64,000 bases of DNA from Laetmonice hystrix (lineage: Eukaryota): positions 8,372,001 through 8,436,000 of the forward strand of contig OZ249436.1 of NCBI GenBank assembly GCA_965235115.1, written 5' to 3'. This document shows, in pieces, positions 60,001 through 64,000 of the stretch. The position numbers and the translations under genes were made by a program. The notes beneath the pieces are model-generated. The model did not search any database, had not been told where the DNA came from, and saw nothing but the letters and a program-made list of their open reading frames with translations. How positions within the stretch are numbered: the stretch's first letter is position 1; each line of letters starts with the position of its first letter.

Positions 60001-63000
60001 TGCTGCTCTAAAGTGTAACCTCTTAGAAATAGTGTTGCCAACCTGAGGACCTAGAGAATTCCTGACCCATTCGCACACTCCACATCCAGTTCGCAGACAC
60101 ATCCTCCAGAAGTATTTTTTACATACAGTTCTTTTATTTAATATGACCAAAAAAATACTGTCATATTTTTTTTAATCAAAGAGATATACAGAAATACGGT
60201 ATGGATGGAAAATACTGAAACCCCAGACATAATTACTGGAGTTTGAGGTTTTCGAACTTCTAGTTTTTATTTCAGATTTCGGACCTCTTAAAAAGGTGAC
60301 CTAAGTTCCGGAGGTTTCTGGAATAATTCCGGATGGTTAGCAACACTGCAATTACAAATGTTAGTACATGATTTCATAAGGTCATAATTAAACACTCACT
60401 GTGGACTCTTGGCATTTGTGATATCACAGGATTCCCATGCCTGAAGTTTCTTCTCAAGATCCTGAAAATGGTCTCAAATTTCTTATTCAAAACTGACAAG
60501 AATCATTATTTTTAATCTGGCCTTCTACCTATTAATAACCTATTAATTAAAGATCCACTTTACACCAAAAACCGTATGTGAAAGTATGGATGAAAAATAT
60601 TTTGTCAAGTCTTACCTTACACCGTATTTCCAATTCTGATGCCAGACTCGCTCTCGCTTTCTCCCGATGAAGTTTCTGCTTACAACCCTCTAATTCCTCC
60701 CGCAAAAGAAGAACATTCTCCTGTGTGTTTCTATAAAAAAAATACATACTACATGTATTACATTGGGAAATATTCGAATACAGCAGTCAGGTGTTGATTA
60801 CAATGTATGCACCTCTTAGCAGAGGTCTACATGTATACCCCCTGATACACCAGGGCTCGAAAATTCCGCTCGCCTTACCGCCAAATGCGAATGAAAAGTT
60901 TGCTTTGGCGAGAACAAAATTCCAGCAGGTAGACATTTGGCGAATAAAACTTCATAAATTTCATATAAAAAATCGCCACTCTTTTACCACCATCCCCACG
61001 AACTCGATACATTGCCAGTAGTTTCTGGTTCTCGTCTTTGTTCTCAGACTTAACGCCTTAACCATCCCCCATCCCTAAACTTCAAATTTCATGGGAATGT
61101 TACTACGGGGAATAATCACGTATGGAAAGTCTATAGGGCCTATACCACGTGGCTAAAGGGCGGGAAACGTTAGTGTGCAAGCAACTCACTAGGTGGCAGC
61201 ATGGCAGCACAGCTCCTGAATGCTCTGACTGCGCCTTATCGTAGAGTAAGCCTTATTTATGGATTTGGTCCTGGATTTTGCCCCAAAAGGGGGGGTGCAC
61301 CTAATAACAAGGTGCGCCTTTAAAGACGGAAATTACGGTAGTGTCATTACGCCTACGCATTTAAAGGCAAATTAGATCCTCTAGAGGCTAACACTAACAG
61401 GTGTAAAAAATTCATCAAAGAAGGGAATTCTGAATGGAACATGAAGGCTTGCTGAAAGCTTCCCGGAATTTAGTTGCCAAGTTGTGGCGAGTGAATTATA
61501 AGGTTTACTTGCCAAACGACTACTAAACTTTGAATGGAATTTTCGAGCCCTGTACACACTCACTTGCAATAGTTATTTTCTTCAAGAAGGCGACGGTTTT
61601 CCCTCTCAAGCTCTGGAATCTTAGATAACTGTGACCGCATGGCTTTTGTAACCACAGCATCTTCTTCCATACGAGAAATGGTAGTCTGAAGGTCCTTCAC
61701 ATATAAAAGAAGATACTTTATTTACTAGAGGAAAAGGCAATTTTCTTACCAACATAATAAGGAAACACTGTGAAGAAATTGAATGTCATGTGTGAAAATA
61801 GAAAAACTAATAATAGATCAATATAATTTCTTTCAATCTTAAATTTGAAACTGGAGAATAATTTTGATTATCTGAGAGAATAATAAAGAAAACATTTACC
61901 TTTATATGCATTTCAGCATTCATTGCTTTGAGGCGATCCTCCTCAAGATCTTGTAACTGCTTGCGTGCTTCAACACATCTCCTACGAAAATAAACCCAGA
62001 TTTAAGACTAAGAAAAACTTAGCCACGCTTTTTTTTTAATCCCAAAGGGAAAATATATACCAATATTTTGAATGGAATTTAATTTGAAGAGAGAGGAGAT
62101 ACCTTTGAGCAGCAGCCATTTGTTGCTTGGTTTCCTCTAACTCGGACTGACAAATCTTCATCTCCATGTCCTGTCTCATCTTCTCTTTGTTCAACTGGAA
62201 GATCTCATTGCGGGACGATTCCTCCAGCTACAATAGTTCAATACAGATTCTGTCAGCCCATATATCATTATCATCCACTCCATCATTGTCTGGCTATTAC
62301 AAACAGCTTATTGAGATCCATCAACCTCCCCATCAACTACATTCAGGTCCCTTAACGAATCTGCAAATAAACATGTTGTATCTAAAAAAGGACAATAACT
62401 TAGGGAATGAGTCTGACTGCTTTCAACCAAGTAAAACTCTAAAGTCAAGGAAACATAGGCCCAACTGACAGATGTCAATGTCAACTTTTTTGTAGCATGT
62501 CCTATTTTTACAACAGAATCAACATGCAAGCTGTTTGATTTATTTTTTCTATACATGAATCTTTAGCATTCCAGTACTGTGACCTGCTTTTTGTTCTTTA
62601 CTGCTTCAATAACATAAAAAAAATCTCACCTCTTCCAACCTAGATTTTAGCTTCAACTTTTCTTTCTGTACTGCTGTCAGTTTGGACTCATACAGGTTCT
62701 TGCTGGAGGTGAGCTGTTTCTGACAATCACCCAACTTGATATGGACCTCTTCTTCTCTCTTGGTCAGTTGATGCAGCTGTTGGCGTAGTTCACTTACTTT
62801 ATCTTGATCCCTCTACAAGTATAACAACAATGCTGAAAACTCATCCATATAAAAAGTCATCAATATAATAGGTAGAAACATTTTTCAATACCTTCAGCAC
62901 ATCCTCTTGCTGACCTTCCCTTTAAATTAAGGATTACCATACATATTTAAATATGTATGGGGGAAGTCATAAAAACTAATATTGTTCATTATATTGATTA

Positions 63001-64000
63001 TAATGTTATATAATTGACATCTCTTGTCATCAATGGGCCAGCTGACTGAGTGACTGGAGTGAGGCCTATACCAAGACAAAAGGTGCCTCAAGGCAGCATC
63101 TGTCCTCACACTGAAGTGCCTCAAGGCAGTATCTGTCGTCAGATGGGAGTGCCTCACGGTCGCGATAGAATTAAGCTGGCATATGGCACAATAGATACCC
63201 TGAAATCTTTTAAAATTGAAATGGTGCCTAGGTGTGAGCAGCATTCACTCAGTAGAATAAGGCATTAGTGCCTAGTAAGTAGAATTGACACATTTCCTCA
63301 CCTTCTGCTCCTGTTTAATACTTTCCAAACTGGTGTCATAGTCAATCCTGGCTCTTTTTCTAGAGGTTTCCAGTGACTGACACTTAGCCTTTAAGCTGGT
63401 TATGTCAGTCCTGGCTTGGATTAAATCTGCCTCATTCCTTTTAACTTCTTGACTCTTTTCTGAAAACATGATCAAAATCATACCTGTACTACCATTTTAA
63501 ATTTGTTTCTCCCTTAATGTTTTGATAAAATAATAAAAATCCAATATAAGCTTTCAGGTAATATTTAATATTACACATAAGTACTTTTAGGGGAAAATGG
63601 CCTTTGTTCCCATGAAAAGGAATTCAACCTCATGTGCCTCACTGTAGAGTAAAAGGCTACGTCGATTCCTGTCCTGCGGCTCCTTTCACATTTTGCTATT
63701 ATGATCTACAGAAAATATGAGCTTGTAAAATACGGGTGCTTAGTAAAACGGTCCCCATGGGTGGTTGTAAGACAGCCTTGAAGTAAATCATTCTTGTGTA
63801 ATACATAATGAAGAAATCGTTTTTATAGGCTCCTGCAAGGCTGTAAAAAGGAGTAAAATACTGGTGTAGTGACTTCATAAAACACTGATGAAGCAGTCAA
63901 GTAATTACTGACTTTTTATCATTCTAACTCACCCATAAGACTCTTCATGGATAAAGATGATGATAATTTGGATGATTGCAGGCCTCTTCCATGTTGTGTT
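57018..64000 (-). CDS. MAD1L1: Mitotic spindle assembly checkpoint protein MAD1 (5' end outside the window)
   Basis: In-phase GT-AG exons 63933->64000, 63302-63459 (RKRARI), 62630-62812, 62103-62227, 61900-61981, 61564-61694, 60616-60730, 60400-60461, 59603-59834 (IKRLQRKLLLVSK), 59220-59414, 58912-58994, 58599-58689, 57957-58179 (GDYDPTKTKVLHMPLNP, MAD2-binding motif), 57497-57687 (EFREVCFQLLGYRID), 57018-57191 (SIPAFLSSITMMLFSRQT). Confidence 0.96.
60030..60348. mobile_element. MITE in a MAD1L1 intron
   Basis: AGTGTTGCCAACC / GGTTAGCAACACT inverted termini; TSD not clear. Confidence 0.6.
60851..61552. mobile_element. hAT5-like non-autonomous element in a MAD1L1 intron
   Basis: TACAC|CAGGGCTCGAAAATTCC ... 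GGAATTTTCGAGCCCTG|TACAC; 17-bp perfect TIR and 5-bp TSD. Confidence 0.9.

Noticed and set aside
63643..63705. Exon-like segment in MAD1L1
   Set aside because: It has a stop in the required phase; 63933 splices in frame directly to 63459.

Overview
Eukaryotic genomic DNA from an invertebrate animal (spliceosomal introns, animal gene set; phylum not determinable by eye). The right half holds four well-supported genes. (1) A 14-exon adhesion GPCR with C-type lectin, GAIN/GPS and 7TM domains (minus, ~31.5-40.5 kb). (2) DCAF12 (minus, 44.2-47.6 kb). (3) A six-unit polyubiquitin gene with an HSE/CRE/TATA promoter (plus, 52.7-55.5 kb). (4) MAD1L1 (minus, 57.0 kb to beyond the window). The left half is gene-poor: one probable first exon encoding a myristoylated/palmitoylated N-terminus, a possible gene end at the window start, minisatellites, a truncated LINE and many MITEs. 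Three observations stand out: the receptor's GPS exon is bracketed by tandem arrays that multiply its own splice donor (7x) and acceptor (4x); the same gene has two (perhaps three) GC-AG introns; and a four-level nest of inverted-repeat transposons lies upstream of the DCAF12 coding region. All exon models were built by hand from splice consensus and phase continuity; no database search was run.
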